A DNA stretch of 63,799 nucleotides, counting the filler, from Octopus bimaculoides (taxonomy: Eukaryota): NCBI RefSeq assembly GCF_001194135.2. It is 5 parts of 4 records of this genome, joined end to end, with 100 filler letters (N's around TTAATTAATTAA, not from the genome) between each part and the next. Parts side by side here need not be neighbours in the genome. Positions count along the whole stretch, not along the records: positions 25,533 to 42,305 come from NC_068983.1; positions 42,406 to 61,547 come from NC_068987.1; 3 more parts are not named here. One strand, written 5' to 3'. Positions 37,143-51,283 of the stretch are shown here, one piece after another. Below the pieces are notes generated by a model. It was given only the letters and a program-made list of their open reading frames with translations, had not been told where the DNA came from and searched no databases. The position numbers and the translations under genes are program-made. Numbering within the stretch: the first letter of the stretch is position 1; the number at the start of each line of letters is the position of its first letter.

Positions 37143-37619
37143 ATATATGTATGTATTACTTTTGACGTAGTTTTGACAGTTTTGAGCTATTTAATTAACA
37201 CTGGAATCTACTTTATTATATACATACATACATATATATATATATTCACACATACATATATGCATGTGTGTATGTGTGTGTATTTGTGCCTGTATGTATA
37301 TATATATCAATACACATATATACATACATACATACATACATGCATGCATGCATGCATGTATGTATGTATGTATGCATGTATGTATGCATGTATGTATGTA
37401 TGTATGTATGTTTGTATGTATAGTAGTGTTGCGAGTGTTCGGCATATACGGGTATATGTCATACAGCGAACAGACCTTATCTCATGTAGGACTCGATACA
37501 TAATGTAGAGTATATATTATTTTATATAATAAACGCCTGATAGTTACTTCGAAGTTTCGGTGCGCAGCGCCTCTTAAGTGTCACAAACCAGGACGAAACT
37601 TGGCCCTTCATGATGTGTG

Positions 37620-37679
<60 letters not shown>

Positions 37680-37689
37680 GGACTGGACT

Positions 37690-37930
37690 CCTTCATCCGC
37701 TGACATCTTTGCACTGCACGTACCACGTACACAATGTATACATGTTCCGGGTTATTCCGAGCTTGTTTGCAATTTCTCTAAGTACCACCATTAAAATCTC
37801 TCAGCAGCCAGGCGAAAGTAAGCGAAAGCAAATCCTGGCGATGTTTTACGAAAGTAGAAACTAATCGATGTGAATTGCCTTCGCTGTTGCTGAGTGGACT
37901 AAGTTTGAACCACGGGGTCTATTTTCACAA
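37690..37930 (-). mobile_element. Possible mariner remnant
   Basis: Minus strand LREIANKLGIT resembles the second HTH of mariner transposases; heavily decayed. Confidence 0.3.
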
Positions 37931-38012
37931 TGAGGATCTCCATATGTCTTTTCAACATATGGAGGTAACTGTGTTTAGAAATTTAATCGAAAGCGCCGCA
38001 TGCATGCACTAG

Positions 38013-38049
<37 letters not shown>

Positions 38050-38227
38050 TATAGGTACATAGCGAGATAGAAATAAGTACATATACACATACAGACACGC
38101 GCGCACGCGCATACAGATATACTAATATAGACATGTTTGTTTACATAGACAACGTGGTTAGATACTGTTTTATGCGAAACACCAAAGTGCTTAATATGCA
38201 CTGGCAGAAGATGCCCAATGTGTCGTG

Positions 38228-38402
<175 letters not shown>

Positions 38403-38407
38403 GATGT

Positions 38408-38770
38408 AGGCGCAAGACTGGTTGTGTGGTAAGTAGCTTGCTTACCAACAACATGTTTCCGGGTTCAGTCCCACTGCGTGGCACCTTGGGAAAGTGTCTT
38501 GGGAAAGTGTCTTGGGAAAGTATCTTGGGAAAGTGTCCTTGTGAGTAGATTTAGTAGAAAAAAAACTTAAAGAAGCACGTCGTATATATGCATATGTGTG
38601 TGTGTTTGTGTGTCTGTGTTTGTCACCCCCACCATCGCTTAACAACCGTAAGTTAGCTGTTCGGCAAAACTAATCGATAGAATAAGTACTAGGCTGACAA
38701 AAAATAAGTCCTGGGGTCGATTTGCTCGACTAAAGGCGGTGCTCCAGCATGGCCGCAGAATAACAGAATA
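38408..38770 (+). mobile_element. SINE family A with a 4 x 13-bp internal tandem repeat (38485-38536)
   Basis: Head GGCGCAAGACTGGTTGTGTGGTAAG, repeat unit CTTGGGAAAGTGT, tail GGCGGTGCTCCAGCATGGCCGCAG. Confidence 0.88.
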
Positions 38771-40344
38771 ATATATACATATACATATATATAAATGGCA
38801 TAGATAAATTAATATAAAATGGAGATACATATCACAATTGCCAATTCAAAAATTAAAGTTTATTAACATAATACTATATAATATTCTTATGATAATATAG
38901 CATAAAATAATAAATAATTAATATTGAATACAAATTACATAGAATTGTTTCGATTCTTACCAATAATAGAATTATAAAAATCCATTGTTTGTAGGCATGA
39001 ATTTCCTTAGTGTAATTTTTTATATATGAGGAATCACAGATCCAAGAAAAAACTGAATTTAAATATATTTTCTTTCTCACCTACACATTTATATAATGAA
39101 TACAAGGGTTATGCGTGAAGTACTTTAAATTTCATACTCGGATAGTTCAGAAATCGGTTGGGCTTTTTATAGAGTACCGTATGACTCTTGTACTCTTTAA
39201 AGAACATCTTGCTCTCGCTGAATTGAGTACTTCCCACACTCACAATACCTACGTATATATAGTATCTGGATCAACTTCTTTCCTACATTTAAAGAATTGA
39301 ATCAGAATCCATGGTTTCAGACCCAAAGACGTGATTTTTTTTTATTCATATCTAAATAACACCGATTTGACATCATTACTTTATAGGGTAGTTCCATCCA
39401 AGTTAGACCAGCCAATGTCGATAGACTCGTCTATTTCTTTATTTTGCAAAGCCTTCTTCGAGTATGATGTAGTATTTTTGAAACGATTCACATGTTGATA
39501 CAGTCAGTTTTTTAAGTGAGCTTTCTCTTGAGCCTATGTAACACACGGTGTTATTCTTTTCTTCGGTTGTACTGGCATTTAGACAATTCCAGTAATTTTT
39601 ACAGGGGTCCATAGACTTAAAAAATAGTTGAAAATCACTGGTCTACACAACCACCCACCAGTACATAACTGGTATTTGATTTTATCGTTCTGGTGCGATT
39701 AACGTCAAAGTTGATCGTGATAGGATTTGAACTCAAAGCATAAAGTCCCGAAACGAATACTACAAGGCATGCTTTAATGATTCTGCTAATCCACGTGAGA
39801 TTATTGATAGAGATTTGGGATCAATAGTTGAGGTAATATGGGGTGATATCTTGTCCCCTTTACTCTTTGTGATCAAGATGATAATCCCATAAAGGTGATC
39901 AATGGAGGAGTCGTTAAAGATAAAGCTTGGTGAAAAAAAAGAAAAGAAAGAAAAGAATGGAAAAATCAATCACTTCCATTTCTGACTGGCAGGAAGCCGT
40001 TTGCAAAGAATGAAGACGAAATAGAAATGCATCTGAGCAAGCATTACAGGGTTTTTTTTTTTTATCGAAGATATTGGTAGGACGGAAATACGAAACTACG
40101 GAACTAAGGATTTCTACACTGCACTGTAGAGAGGCTGAATAACGAAACGAAGACGAATAACGATGATAAGGACGACGACGACGACGACGACGGTGATAAT
40201 NNNNNNNNNNNNNNNNNNNNNNNNNNNNNNNNNNNNNNNNNNNNNNNNNNNNNNNNNNNNNNNNNNNNNNNNNNNNNNNNNNNNNNNNNNNNNNNNNNNN
40301 NNNNNNNNNNNNNNNNNNNNNNNNNNNNNNNNNNNNNNNNNNNN

Positions 40345-40716
40345 GAAGAAGAAGAAGAAGAAGAAGAAGAAGAAGAAGAAGAAGAAGAAGAAGAAGAAGA
40401 AGAAGAAGAAGAAGAAGAGAAGCAAGGAGGAGGAGAAGAATAAGAAGAGAAGCAAGGAGGAGAAGAAGAAGAAGAAGAAGAAGAAGAAGAAGAAGAGGAG
40501 AAGCAAGGAGGAGGAGGAGGAGGAGGAGAAGAAGAAGAAGAAGAAGAAGAAGAAGAAGAAGAAGAAGAAGAAGAACAAGAAGAACAAGAAGAAGAAGCAC
40601 AAGAACAAGAAGAAGAAGAAGAACAAGAAGAAGAAGAAGAAGAACAAGAAGAAGAAGAAGAAGAACAAGAAGAAGAAGAAGAAGAAGAAGAAGAAGAAGA
40701 AGAAGAAGAAGAAGAA
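40345..40716 (+). repeat. (GAA)n-rich purine tract with GAG/AAC variants
   Basis: Seen directly; bordered on the left by an N gap. Confidence 0.95.
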
Positions 40717-40962
40717 TTATTGAATAATTCTTATGAATGTATGAAATCCACCAATATATGGTCTTTACAGTAAATAACTTGATTATTTCTGGAATGACTC
40801 AAAGAAAATGGTGTTTGGGAATTTGAGAGCACTGGTATTGTCGCTGTTTGTTTGCTTGTGACAGCAGAGAATTGGTTTGAAGACTACTAATAAGAAATAG
40901 TGTTTGGTGGGGAGAATTTACTGAGAAATTGTTAAAAAGAGTTCGCGAAAAGAACTTGTGAC

Positions 40963-41150
40963 TGTTGTGATTGTTGGGTTGTAAAGTACAATAACGGTAA
41001 ATGCCATAAATGGTCATGGAGTGATGAAATTATCAGATAAAGAACTGCAGAATAATGATTGTTGTGATTGTTGAATTGTAAATTACAATAATGGCAAATG
41101 CCATTAATGATCATGGAGTGATCAAATTATCAGATAAAAAAAAAAACTGC
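40963..41150. repeat. Two-unit tandem duplication, period 97 bp
   Basis: TGTTGTGATTGTTG...AAATGCCAT.AATG.TCATGGAGTGAT.AAATTATCAGATAAA at 40963 and 41060. Confidence 0.85.
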
Positions 41151-41442
41151 AAGATCATGTTTAAAAGCTACTCAGAGTAATAAGTATTTAACTAGGATAG
41201 AGAGAGGAGTTTCGAAAAGGAAGATAAACGAAATTTTATGGTGGAAAAAATATTGGGGTTATTTTCTCTTTTTTAGAGGATTCGAGGTCATCTGAAAGTG
41301 AGGCGTCGTTTTTATTCTCGCTTATGTCAAAGTGTAACAGAACGGTTTTGCTATGGAATGGTGAAACTATTCTGAATAAAGCAATGTTTTGGACTTAAGA
41401 TACTTTTGCATTATAGCAGCGATATATATATATATATGCATC

Positions 41443-41473
<31 letters not shown>

Positions 41474-42012
41474 CGCAGTACCAAGCAGTGACTCTCATGG
41501 CTTTTCATCTTAACACATTGGAAGTGTTACATGTACATTGTTTTGCCTTGGTATAAAAAGATGGGCTGCAGCAAATATTCTGCTCAATACCACAGATTTG
41601 CTTGTCAGTTGCTTGACCTTAACCAGTTGAGCATGTCCCTTGGTGGCTGACGATATGTGCATCTCTGATCATGAGCAGAAGTAGTGGCGGAGCATCATAG
41701 CCATGTGTTGAGAGGAATTCATTTGGGGCTTGGATAATTCATCTTTGAAAACATGGGTGTTTTGTTCATCATCCTTAAACACCCTTATTCAGGGACCTTT
41801 TCAGTGGGATGGGCTACTCGACCTGAAGAAAATTCTAACTGGGCCCCACCTGCGAGGTCATGCGTTGTTTATCTTGATATGAGATCACCATGTCGCGCAC
41901 ATATGGTTGTGATGCATGTGCCTGGTGTAACTTTATCAGACGGGTAGTCATGATGGGTATACTGGGCTTCGTACATTTTACCCCGGTGTCACTTTGATGG
42001 CATGTACTGCTT
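41474..42012 (+). mobile_element. Probable dispersed repeat, possibly a LINE 3' UTR
   Basis: Non-coding block of higher GC bounded by microsatellites. It is recalled as a common octopus repeat but is single-copy in this window, so the class is unverified. Confidence 0.4.
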
Positions 42013-42305
42013 TTTCATACATATGCATGCATATAGAAATATATACATATATGTATGCGTGTATGTATGTATTTATACATATATATGTCTTTCGTAGTGT
42101 CCTCCCACCGCAGAACAATCGGTGTTGCACTGTTTACGATACCGTAACTTAGCTGTTCAACAAAAGAGACACACACACATGCAAGCACGCACACACACAC
42201 ACACTCACACATGCACACACACACACTCACACATGCACACACACACTCACACATGCACACACACACTCACACATGCACACACACACTCACACATGCACAC
42301 ACACA

Positions 42306-42405
42306 NNNNNNNNNNNNNNNNNNNNNNNNNNNNNNNNNNNNNNNNNNNNTTAATTAATTAANNNNNNNNNNNNNNNNNNNNNNNNNNNNNNNNNNNNNNN
42401 NNNNN
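42306..42405. other. Artificial scaffold-join spacer
   Basis: 44 N + TTAATTAATTAA (42350-42361) + 44 N. Confidence 0.95.
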
Positions 42406-43364
42406 TATATATATATATATATATATATATCTTCGCATCCGACACGTCTAGGGTCATTTTGTACTGCTTCGTCAGTATCCGATATCATCAAGTTTCCACC
42501 CACCCTTCCATCCGTTCTGCCAACAACCCTTTCCTTCATTTCTCCATTCAACCATATAGTGTAGTTAGATGGCCCATTGTCTAGCAGAAACCCACCCGAG
42601 CGTTTCCTTTCTACACCCGAGTATGTTGTGATGAACTGAATATTTTCCTAACCTAATGTTAACATCAATTGGGAAAGGGATTAACGAAAAATAATGGCTG
42701 CTTCTGGAACTCTCGTTAGTAATGTTATCCATCACGTGACTAGTCTACTGCATGCAAATGATCTCCGTCTCCATCGCCTGCAGTCTTATTCATGCTTTTT
42801 CTCTGTCTTATCACCCTATCGCCTTCCCCATCATACCTGTCACTCTTCTCCTTTCATTCCTTCCAAATGTTTCTCGAAAGGGCTACAAGTGTCATTTGTC
42901 AATAAAGTGTAAATTAGAGAAACCACGATTTTTATTTTCTTTCACACTAGAAATATGTCACCAGACTCATTTAGAGTTTCCCGCTTAAAACACTTTACAA
43001 GCGGACATCAAGTTGAATACACTTAAAAAGCATTCATTCGGAAAGAAGCAACATATTGACAAGCATCTGTCTGTCCACAAGCCCATTTCACCGTCTCAAG
43101 AATATACACAGATAGAGATATACGCTCCTCTTCATATGTAGGTATGCATTTATGAGTGTGAATGTGTTTGTATGTATTAGTTTTACGCATACAAGTTTGT
43201 GTATATATGTTTATGTATAAGTTCATATATATAAATGTGTGTATGTGTATGTATATATGAACACAAGAATACAAGACGAAAACACGTGTTAAACTATGCC
43301 CACTTCACCTGTAAGTAGAAGTATACACGATTTCGCAGTACAATAACAATAATAATTCTTTCAA

Positions 43365-43735
43365 CGATAGGCACAAGACTGAAATTTTGTTGGAGAGGGT
43401 TAATGGATTATATTGTCTCCAGTGTTCGACTGGTACTTATTTTATCGATCCCGAAACGATGAAAGACAAATACGACAGCGGTAGAATTACAACTGAGAAC
43501 GTCTTAAAGAGGGACTAAGAGCCATTAAATGTTTTCTTCGTAATAATAATAAACGTTACTACTGGAGGACAAGACCTGATATTTGCAGAGACGATCCTAG
43601 CGTTCGTGTGGTATGTATTTTATCGACCCGAAAGTATGAACGGTAAATTCGATCTCCGCAGAATATGAACCCGGAACGTAAAAGCGGACTGAGTGCTGCT
43701 AAGATTTTTGTTTGATGTGCCAGGTTGCCGCCTCC
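43365..43735 (-). mobile_element. Two diverged SINE family B fragments next to (AAT)n (43736-43808)
   Basis: GGCACAAG.CTGAAATTTT and ACTGGTACTTATTTTATCGA motifs; head GGCGGCAACCTGGCAC at 43732. Confidence 0.7.
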
Positions 43736-43745
43736 AATAATAATC

Positions 43746-43808
<63 letters not shown>

Positions 43809-43954
43809 GCAACAACAACAATGGAATAGCTAAGAACGTGTGTGCACTGGTTAAGAACTGCATGTCTAGTTGGAAAACGCGTCTTTCCTGTATCAACCAG
43901 CACTTAGACGAGGTACCAATCTTGCTTACCTTTGTTTACACATATATATACATT

Positions 43955-44109
43955 CTTTTATTTTTTTATTTGTTTCAATCATTTGACTGCGACCATGCTG
44001 GAGCACCACATTTTACTTATTCTATCGGTCTCTATTGCCGAACCGCTACGTTAGTGGGGCGTAAACACACCAACATCGGTTGAGGGAGGACAAGCACAGA
44101 CACACAAAT

Positions 44110-44140
<31 letters not shown>

Positions 44141-44166
44141 TACACACACACACACACACATATATA

Positions 44167-44219
<53 letters not shown>

Positions 44220-44364
44220 GACGGGCTTCTTTTAGTTTCTGTCTTCCACATCCACTCACAAGGCTTTGGTCGGCCCGAGGCTATAGTAGAAGACAGTTGC
44301 CCAAGCGGCTAAGCAGTGGAACTGAACCCGGAACCATGTGGTTGCACACATCCACTCCTGCGCC
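43955..44364 (-). mobile_element. SINE family A, near full length
   Basis: Head, core, internal microsatellite and tail are all recognisable. Confidence 0.88.
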
Positions 44365-44667
44365 AATGTTTCCTTTTAGTTTTTTTAGCTGTTCTCATTT
44401 ATAAGCGAGGATCCACCGTAAGAATATAGATAGCAACAACTATAGAAGTGTTACATGTAGGGTTCTGGAAAAGGGTTTTCAAATAATGCAGGAGCTTCTT
44501 TGGGCGAATTATTGTGTATGTGAAAAGCCCGACTTTTTACATGGTAGACACAAACAGGCATTTGGAGTTCCTCGTACAAAACACAGCGCTACCTCACGGT
44601 GGAACGCTGGAATTATCTGTCCCGAGAGCCATGTAAGTGTAAACGGCATTTTTATGTATACTCTCCT

Positions 44668-45060
44668 TTACTCTTTTACTCTTTTACCTGTTTCAGTCAT
44701 TTGATTGTGGCCATGCTGTGGCACCGCCTTTAGTCGAGCAAATCGACCCCAGGACTTATTCTTTGTAAGCCTAGTACTTATTCTATCGGTCTCTTTTGCC
44801 TAACTGCTAAGTTACGGGGACGTAAACACACCAGCATCGGTTTTCAAGCGATGTTTGGGGGGGGGGGGCAAACACAGACACACAAACATATACACACACA
44901 TAAATATATATATGCATACGACAGGCTTCTTTCAGTTTAGTCTTTGGTCAGCCCGAGGCTATAGTAGAAGACACTTGCCCAAGGTGCCACGCAGTGGGTC
45001 TGAACCCGGAACCATGTGGTTGGTAAGCAAGCTACTTACCACACAGCCACTCCTACGCCT
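44668..45060 (-). mobile_element. SINE family A, near full length and close to consensus
   Basis: Head CCACTCCTACGCCT, core AAGACACTTGCCCAAGGTGCCAC, tail CAGTCATTTGATTG.GGCCATGCTG. Confidence 0.9.
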
Positions 45061-45791
45061 ATATCTTAAAAAAAAATTATTATCTTTTATCTGTTTTAAC
45101 AAAAGATTTGTACATGCTTTTACATGTATTTTATTTGATTTTTCACTATTTGTTACTATCCGTATGTAGTTTTCGAACTTTTTAGGCCTTTAAATATATT
45201 CGGTGAGATCAACGCACAGTCGGATAAATCGACTAAAGTTGGCGTTTATTTTTACCAATAATGTCTTAAGAGGAAAAAAGTGCTATGTGCAGTCAAAAAG
45301 GACGTAACTCGAAACAACGTAAGTCGGAATATGCCTGTATTCAATGTTCAGCTCCGTGAATGAATTTGCAAATTGTATATCAAGTAGTTATTTTCTTTAC
45401 CTGAAAAGCTAGCTTTCTAGAAATCTATTAAGAGGGAGAATAGCAAGTGCAGATCAGTACAGAGGAAGGGACACTTGATGACTCAAGCGTGGAAAGTAGA
45501 AAAGGGTTTCACAGCTTCTAATAATTGTTAATAAACCTGAGAATATCGAATGTATTTTGTGTCTTTTAAGAAACCATATTACATCATTACGACTGAAAAG
45601 ACTTAGTAAATTATCTGAGGCTAACAATAATTATTGGTGCAAATATAAATTTATCACATTGTTAGCTACTCTGATATCAAATCTGCAAGGCATCTACTTT
45701 AAATAAATAAGCTCCCGATTTAAGGCAGGACTAATGCCTTAGATTTCAGATAGCAACATCTCAGAAAAATAGCAAAGGGTATGCTTCTGGG

Positions 45792-46130
45792 CCTTATTAG
45801 ACCCTACCAAACTGAAATTATTTCACTTAAAATATAGATATTATCCTTGTGTAGTTGGGCATTGTCATAAAATTAACAATTTCCAGCGTATTTTTTTTTT
45901 TTGCGTTTTCCTCAAAATGACATTTCTGTCTATAAATAGCAATATCTCCGAGAATAATTGATGTAATAGGCTGAAATTTTGCATGTGTATTACTTTGATA
46001 CTTGCCTAGATGCTATTTTAGTGTGATTTGATACACTTCATTTGTTCATCTTCTAGAGACACTTTAATGCTACTACCCAGGGGTTATAAACGCCCGAACT
46101 ACTGCATATGGCTACATGCGACCCCACAAT
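45792..46130 (+). mobile_element. Possible HINE-type element remnant
   Basis: ATATCTCCGAGAATAATTGATGTAATAGGCTGAAATTTTGCATG resembles HINE internal motifs; termini are unclear. Confidence 0.3.
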
Positions 46131-46689
46131 AAAATGTAGAGCAACTTCATCAATATCTTTGATTCAGCATCTAGTCTGTACCCTAATCTGTTAGTATTCC
46201 AAGTTAGAGCATATTATCTTTTATAGTTTTGTAGAAAATTTGACCTAAATGAAGTGTTTGTTTGCTTTGTCTCTTATTTTGAATTTATAATTAGGTCATG
46301 AATAGATAATGTGGAAATTTTAATGTCTTTTGATAGAACATTGTTCTTGATGTATGTCATATGTAATTTTCCTAGGTTTTATTTCTGCTGAGTGAGAGCA
46401 TTTTCAATTTAGGAGTGTTTTCCTACTTCTGAGCTGTAAGTTTTGTCTTGTGGAGTTATATACCTAGTGTTAAATTTATTTTTCTTTTTATATGAAGGAA
46501 AACAATGTACAATGCAATCAACAGGAAGGGTCTTAGGTTACTAGAAGGCTTGTGATCTAATGCTGGGTATATCCATACGTTTCAACACAAGAAATATTAG
46601 AGAAAGATTCGCATCAGAATTTTCGCCAAGTGCAAATTAACAAGCTTTGTATGTTGGTTCGGCATGGAAAAGAGAAAACAAAATGAGTG

Positions 46690-47085
46690 TCAATGGATTT
46701 GGTAGATGGAAACTGCGTGAAAGCTTGTCGTATGTATTGCATGAATATGTGTGCCAGTGTTCGTTCTCCTCACTTGACAACAGGTGTTGGTTTGTTTACG
46801 CCCACGTAACTTAGCAGTTCGGCATAGAGGTAAATACAATTGATACCAGTTTCTAAAAAAATAAGTATAGGGTCAATTTTTTTTCGACTAAGGCGTGCCC
46901 CAGTACAGCCGCAGTTTAATGAACTGTTCATTCTTCTCCATTTGACAACGGGTGTTGGTTTGTTTACGCTCACGTCACTTAACAGTTCGGCGATAGAGGC
47001 CTATAGAATAGATACCTGATTCTAAAGAATAAGTACAGGGTTCATTTGTTCGATTAAGACGCTTAATAACCTGAAACAAGTAAGT
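46690..47085 (+). mobile_element. Old SINE family A fragment with a tandemly duplicated 3' half
   Basis: TTGACAAC.GGTGTTGGTTTGTTTACGC.CACGT.ACTTA.CAGTTCGGC occurs at ~46772 and ~46942. Confidence 0.75.
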
Positions 47086-47194
47086 GATCAAATATATGCA
47101 CACACCTGCATGTAAATTGTATTATATTCTATTATGTGAGTGTTTTGCATTTTGGCAAACCGGTCAGAAATGAGGACTACCGTTTCACAAATAC

Positions 47195-47508
47195 ATTTTA
47201 GACAAAACATAACTGGCACTCCGTCGATTACGACGACAAGAATTCCAGTTGATCCAATCAACGGAACAGCCAGCTCGTGGAATTAACGTGCATGTGACCC
47301 CACATACACGTGTACCATTAACGTAGTTCTCAGGGAGATTCAGCGTGACACAGAGCGTGAGAAGGCCGGCCGTTTGAAATACAGGTACCGAGTAAACTGC
47401 AACGTGAAATAATGTGCCTTGCTCAAGGACAGAACGCGTCGCTGGGAATTGAACTGACAACCTTGCGATTGTGAGATGAGCACCCTACCCACTAAGTCAC
47501 GTGCTTTC
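47195..47508 (-). mobile_element. tRNA-derived SINE related to family D, with a different 3' body
   Basis: Minus strand TTAGTGGGTAGGG...AGTTCAATTCCCAGC...GTCCTTGAGCAAGGCAC.TTATTTCACGTTGC. Confidence 0.65.
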
Positions 47509-48537
47509 ACAGACAAAATATAAACGATGCTGCAAAGCTGATGTCAAATAAACTCTTCAGAGTCGTACCCCAGAATTACAGGAAAGTTATAACGAAAGGA
47601 AACCTGTTCATTCTATGAGAATGTAAATAACTTAAGCTGAGTGTAGGAATTGAGCACGCAACCAGTCACTTCGAAACGAGCATTCATTAGAATGCAATCG
47701 ATATATAACGTACATAACCCAACACTGAAAAGACATGAAAATCGATAGCTAATAAGAAAATACCTTTATTGTATACTGATACATAGAAAAACAAAACCGA
47801 AAGGAAAATAAACACGAAAGCATATATAAACGTATACATACATACATACATACATACATACGTATGTATGTATGTGTATATATATATANNNNNNNNNNNN
47901 NNNNNNNNNNNNNNNNNNNNNNNNNNNNNNNNNNNNNNNNNNNNNNNNNNNNNNNNNNNNNNNNNNNNNNNNNNNNNNNNNNNNNNNNNNNNNNNNNNNN
48001 NNNNNNNNNNNNNNNNNNNNNNNNNNNNNNNNNNNNNNNNNNNNNNNNNNNNNNNNNNNNNNNNNNNNNNNNNNNNNNNNNNNNNNNNNNNNNNNNNNNN
48101 NNNNNNNNNNNNNNNNNNNNNNNNNNNNNNNNNNNNNNNNNNNNNNNNNNNNNNNNNNNNNNNNNNNNNNNNNNNNNNNNNNNNNNNNNNNNNNNNNNNN
48201 NNNNNNNNNNNNNNNNNNNNNNNNNNNNNNNNNNNNNNNNNNNNNNNNNNNNNNNNNNNNNNNNNNNNNNNNNNNNNNNNNNNNNNNNNNNNNNNNNNNN
48301 NNNNNNNNNNNNNNNNNNNNNNNNNNNNNNNNNNNNNNNNNNNNNNNNNNNNNNNNNNNNNNNNNNNNNNNNNNNNNNNNNNNNNNNNNNNNNNNNNNNN
48401 NNNNNNNNNNNNNNNNNNNNNNNNNNNNNNTATATATATATATATATATTAGTGTGAAAGTGTATATATGCACAGAAAAATACACCTACAAAGTGAGAAA
48501 GAATGTGTGATAGGGATAATAAGAGAGAGCGGGGGAG

Positions 48538-48579
<42 letters not shown>

Positions 48580-48899
48580 AGGAGAGAGAGAGGGAGAAAG
48601 AGAAAGAGAGAGAGAAACTAAGCAGTGATAGATACATATTACTTACTATTAGAATATACATATTTGCGTGAATAGGGAAAACACAAACACGGGATGTCTA
48701 GAAAGCAATAGTCTAAGAAGACCAATATTTAAAGAATACTTCATAAAACTCTCATTAGTGATGGCACAGTGAGTAGAGGAGCGTTAGGCTTATGACATAT
48801 CTGTTTACCGTGGAGATTATAAGTAAAACCGGAGCTTAAGTAAAACCATACTTGCAGGCGTTTCAGCATATCTTGTCAGCTTAGCACACGTCCATCTCG

Positions 48900-48971
<72 letters not shown>

Positions 48972-48989
48972 CACACATACACACACACG

Positions 48990-49036
<47 letters not shown>

Positions 49037-49964
49037 GTATGTTTGTATACACGCATACATACCACACACACACACATACATATGTATGTGTGTGTGTATT
49101 TATATATATATATATATACACACAAATATATATATATATATATATATATTTCTATATATATATACATACAAATATATTTATATATATGTATATATATAGA
49201 TATATACGTGTATATATATGTGCGTGTGTGTGTGTGTTTTTGTGTGTATGAGTGTATGTTTGCATGTATATATGCATATATGTGTACGTGTGTATACAGG
49301 GTTTTCGCCCCCTCCCCCCCACACAAAACGCAACTTTGAAGTCTATTCTGTCTTTGAATGACTTTTCGTTTCAGACACATATCCGTACGCACGTATACAC
49401 ACACATACACATACACGCACTTACACACACACACCCACATACACACACACACACACACATTCATGCATGTACGCTTATATATATATATATACACATACAC
49501 AAACACACACAATTATCTTATATATGTACTTGTATGGAAATATATTAATGTATAGGTATATAGAATGATAGATTTGTAGTTAAAGGCTGACACCACATCA
49601 TATTCTGTTTAACTGGATCACATTGAATGAATAGATACAGGAAGCAACATAAAGAAGAATGAAATGATAGAGGCGTTACTGAGGCGACAAACAGACTTCG
49701 AACCAATTCACTGTGGTGCCGTCTGTCTGTATTCTTAAATAGATATTGGACGTTTGAATAGGTGGGTGCATATTAGCTTGTCCTATATTGATGACGAAAT
49801 GCAATTCATGATTATATAGAATAAATGTTTCATTGGAAAATTTGTCATCTGTTTGGGGATTATGTTGAGTAAAAACGTGCATGGTGTTAATCTAATTTGA
49901 TGTTATGTTAAATTTATATACGTACGTACATACATGCAAAAGTTCACCCACACACACACACACA

Positions 49965-50068
<104 letters not shown>

Positions 50069-50512
50069 TCGATTATTTTAGATGCATTTCAGCCGATTTT
50101 ACGAAACAGTTTGTCGCTCTGAAGAAGGGCTATTATAAAGCTATGATTCAATCTTTGTATTTTTTGCCGTTTATGTTACTTTCTACAATATCTGTATTTT
50201 ACACACGACTATGTGGGCCACTGTATCAATTGCATTACAAGACACATTTTTAGTAATTTTTACAATTATCGCCACCTCTAGAAGATGTCACGGTTACCAA
50301 ATGACAATTTAGATCCTATGATAAGGGGCGATAATTTAAAACTCAAGATTTCTTCAAAGTTGACTTGCCATTAAGGGAAAAAGACAGCATTGTTTGGAGA
50401 TAAGGCGACAGACGTAGACACGCGCTTCTCCCTTATAGTATAAGTCAGTTATCTAAGCTGTAGTGCCACGGAGTTGCATCCGAAGCCATGTTAGTGAAAC
50501 GAACTACATAAC

Positions 50513-50574
<62 letters not shown>

Positions 50575-51088
50575 ACACGAACGCACGTTCAAACGCACAT
50601 ATATGTACATATATGACATACATATATGCACATACACACATAAATATTTTGAGTGCATTTGTTTCTTCTCAAGCTTGAAGTTCATCGAGTACCAATAGGT
50701 TATCCTACATTGTCATAGAGTATATGCTAAATAATATTCATAATAATAATAGTGCATTAAGAACACAAGACCTGAAGATGGTTATTGAGTTAAAAGTGTG
50801 TTGTGTCCATGCCCCAAAGCGAAGAAGTAGGATCTCCCAATACATATGAATAGAGGTAGTCTGACCGAGGTAGAGGGTTGAGTAACTGTTGAGTAGCCGT
50901 CGTGTAGCGGTTGAGTAGCGATCATCCGAAGGTACTAGATAGCAGTAGCTTGAGACATAACAAAGTGTGTCAAGCTTTCTGTACAAAGTGATTGTCATGT
51001 GTAATTTATGTGATTCTATGTTTAGATTTGAATTTTCTATCGCTTATATGATTAGCTGTTTCGAATTTAGTATTGATATTTTAATATT

Positions 51089-51283
51089 CATTTCTACTCT
51101 AGGCACAAGGCCCGAAACTTTGGGAAAGTGGACAGTCAATTAGATAGACCCTAGTACGCAACTGGTACTGATGAAAGGCAAAGGCGATTTCAGCGGAATT
51201 TGAACTCAGAACGTAAAGACAGACGAAATACCACTAAGCATTTCACCCGGCGAGCTAACGTTTCTCCCAGCTCGCCGCCGTAG
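51089..51283 (-). mobile_element. SINE family B with a 15-bp target-site duplication
   Basis: TGATATTTTAATATT occurs at 51074-51088 and 51284-51298; head GGCGGCGAGCTGGGAGAAACG. Confidence 0.88.

Noticed and set aside
39100-39560. Possible mariner 3' remnant (TACAAGGG start, FFPTFKE-like patch)
   Set aside because: Similarity is too weak and fragmentary to call by eye.
40163-40723. Poly-Lys ORF and its poly-Leu/poly-Phe antisense ORFs
   Set aside because: Translation of a (GAA)n tract spanning a gap; no splice or domain evidence.
50115-50150. CTGAAGA-AGGGCT...AGCT hammerhead-like start
   Set aside because: No GAAA and no cleavage triplet follow.
50738-50998. ITLYRKL patch resembling a Penelope RT thumb motif
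   Set aside because: A single short match with no flanking motifs.
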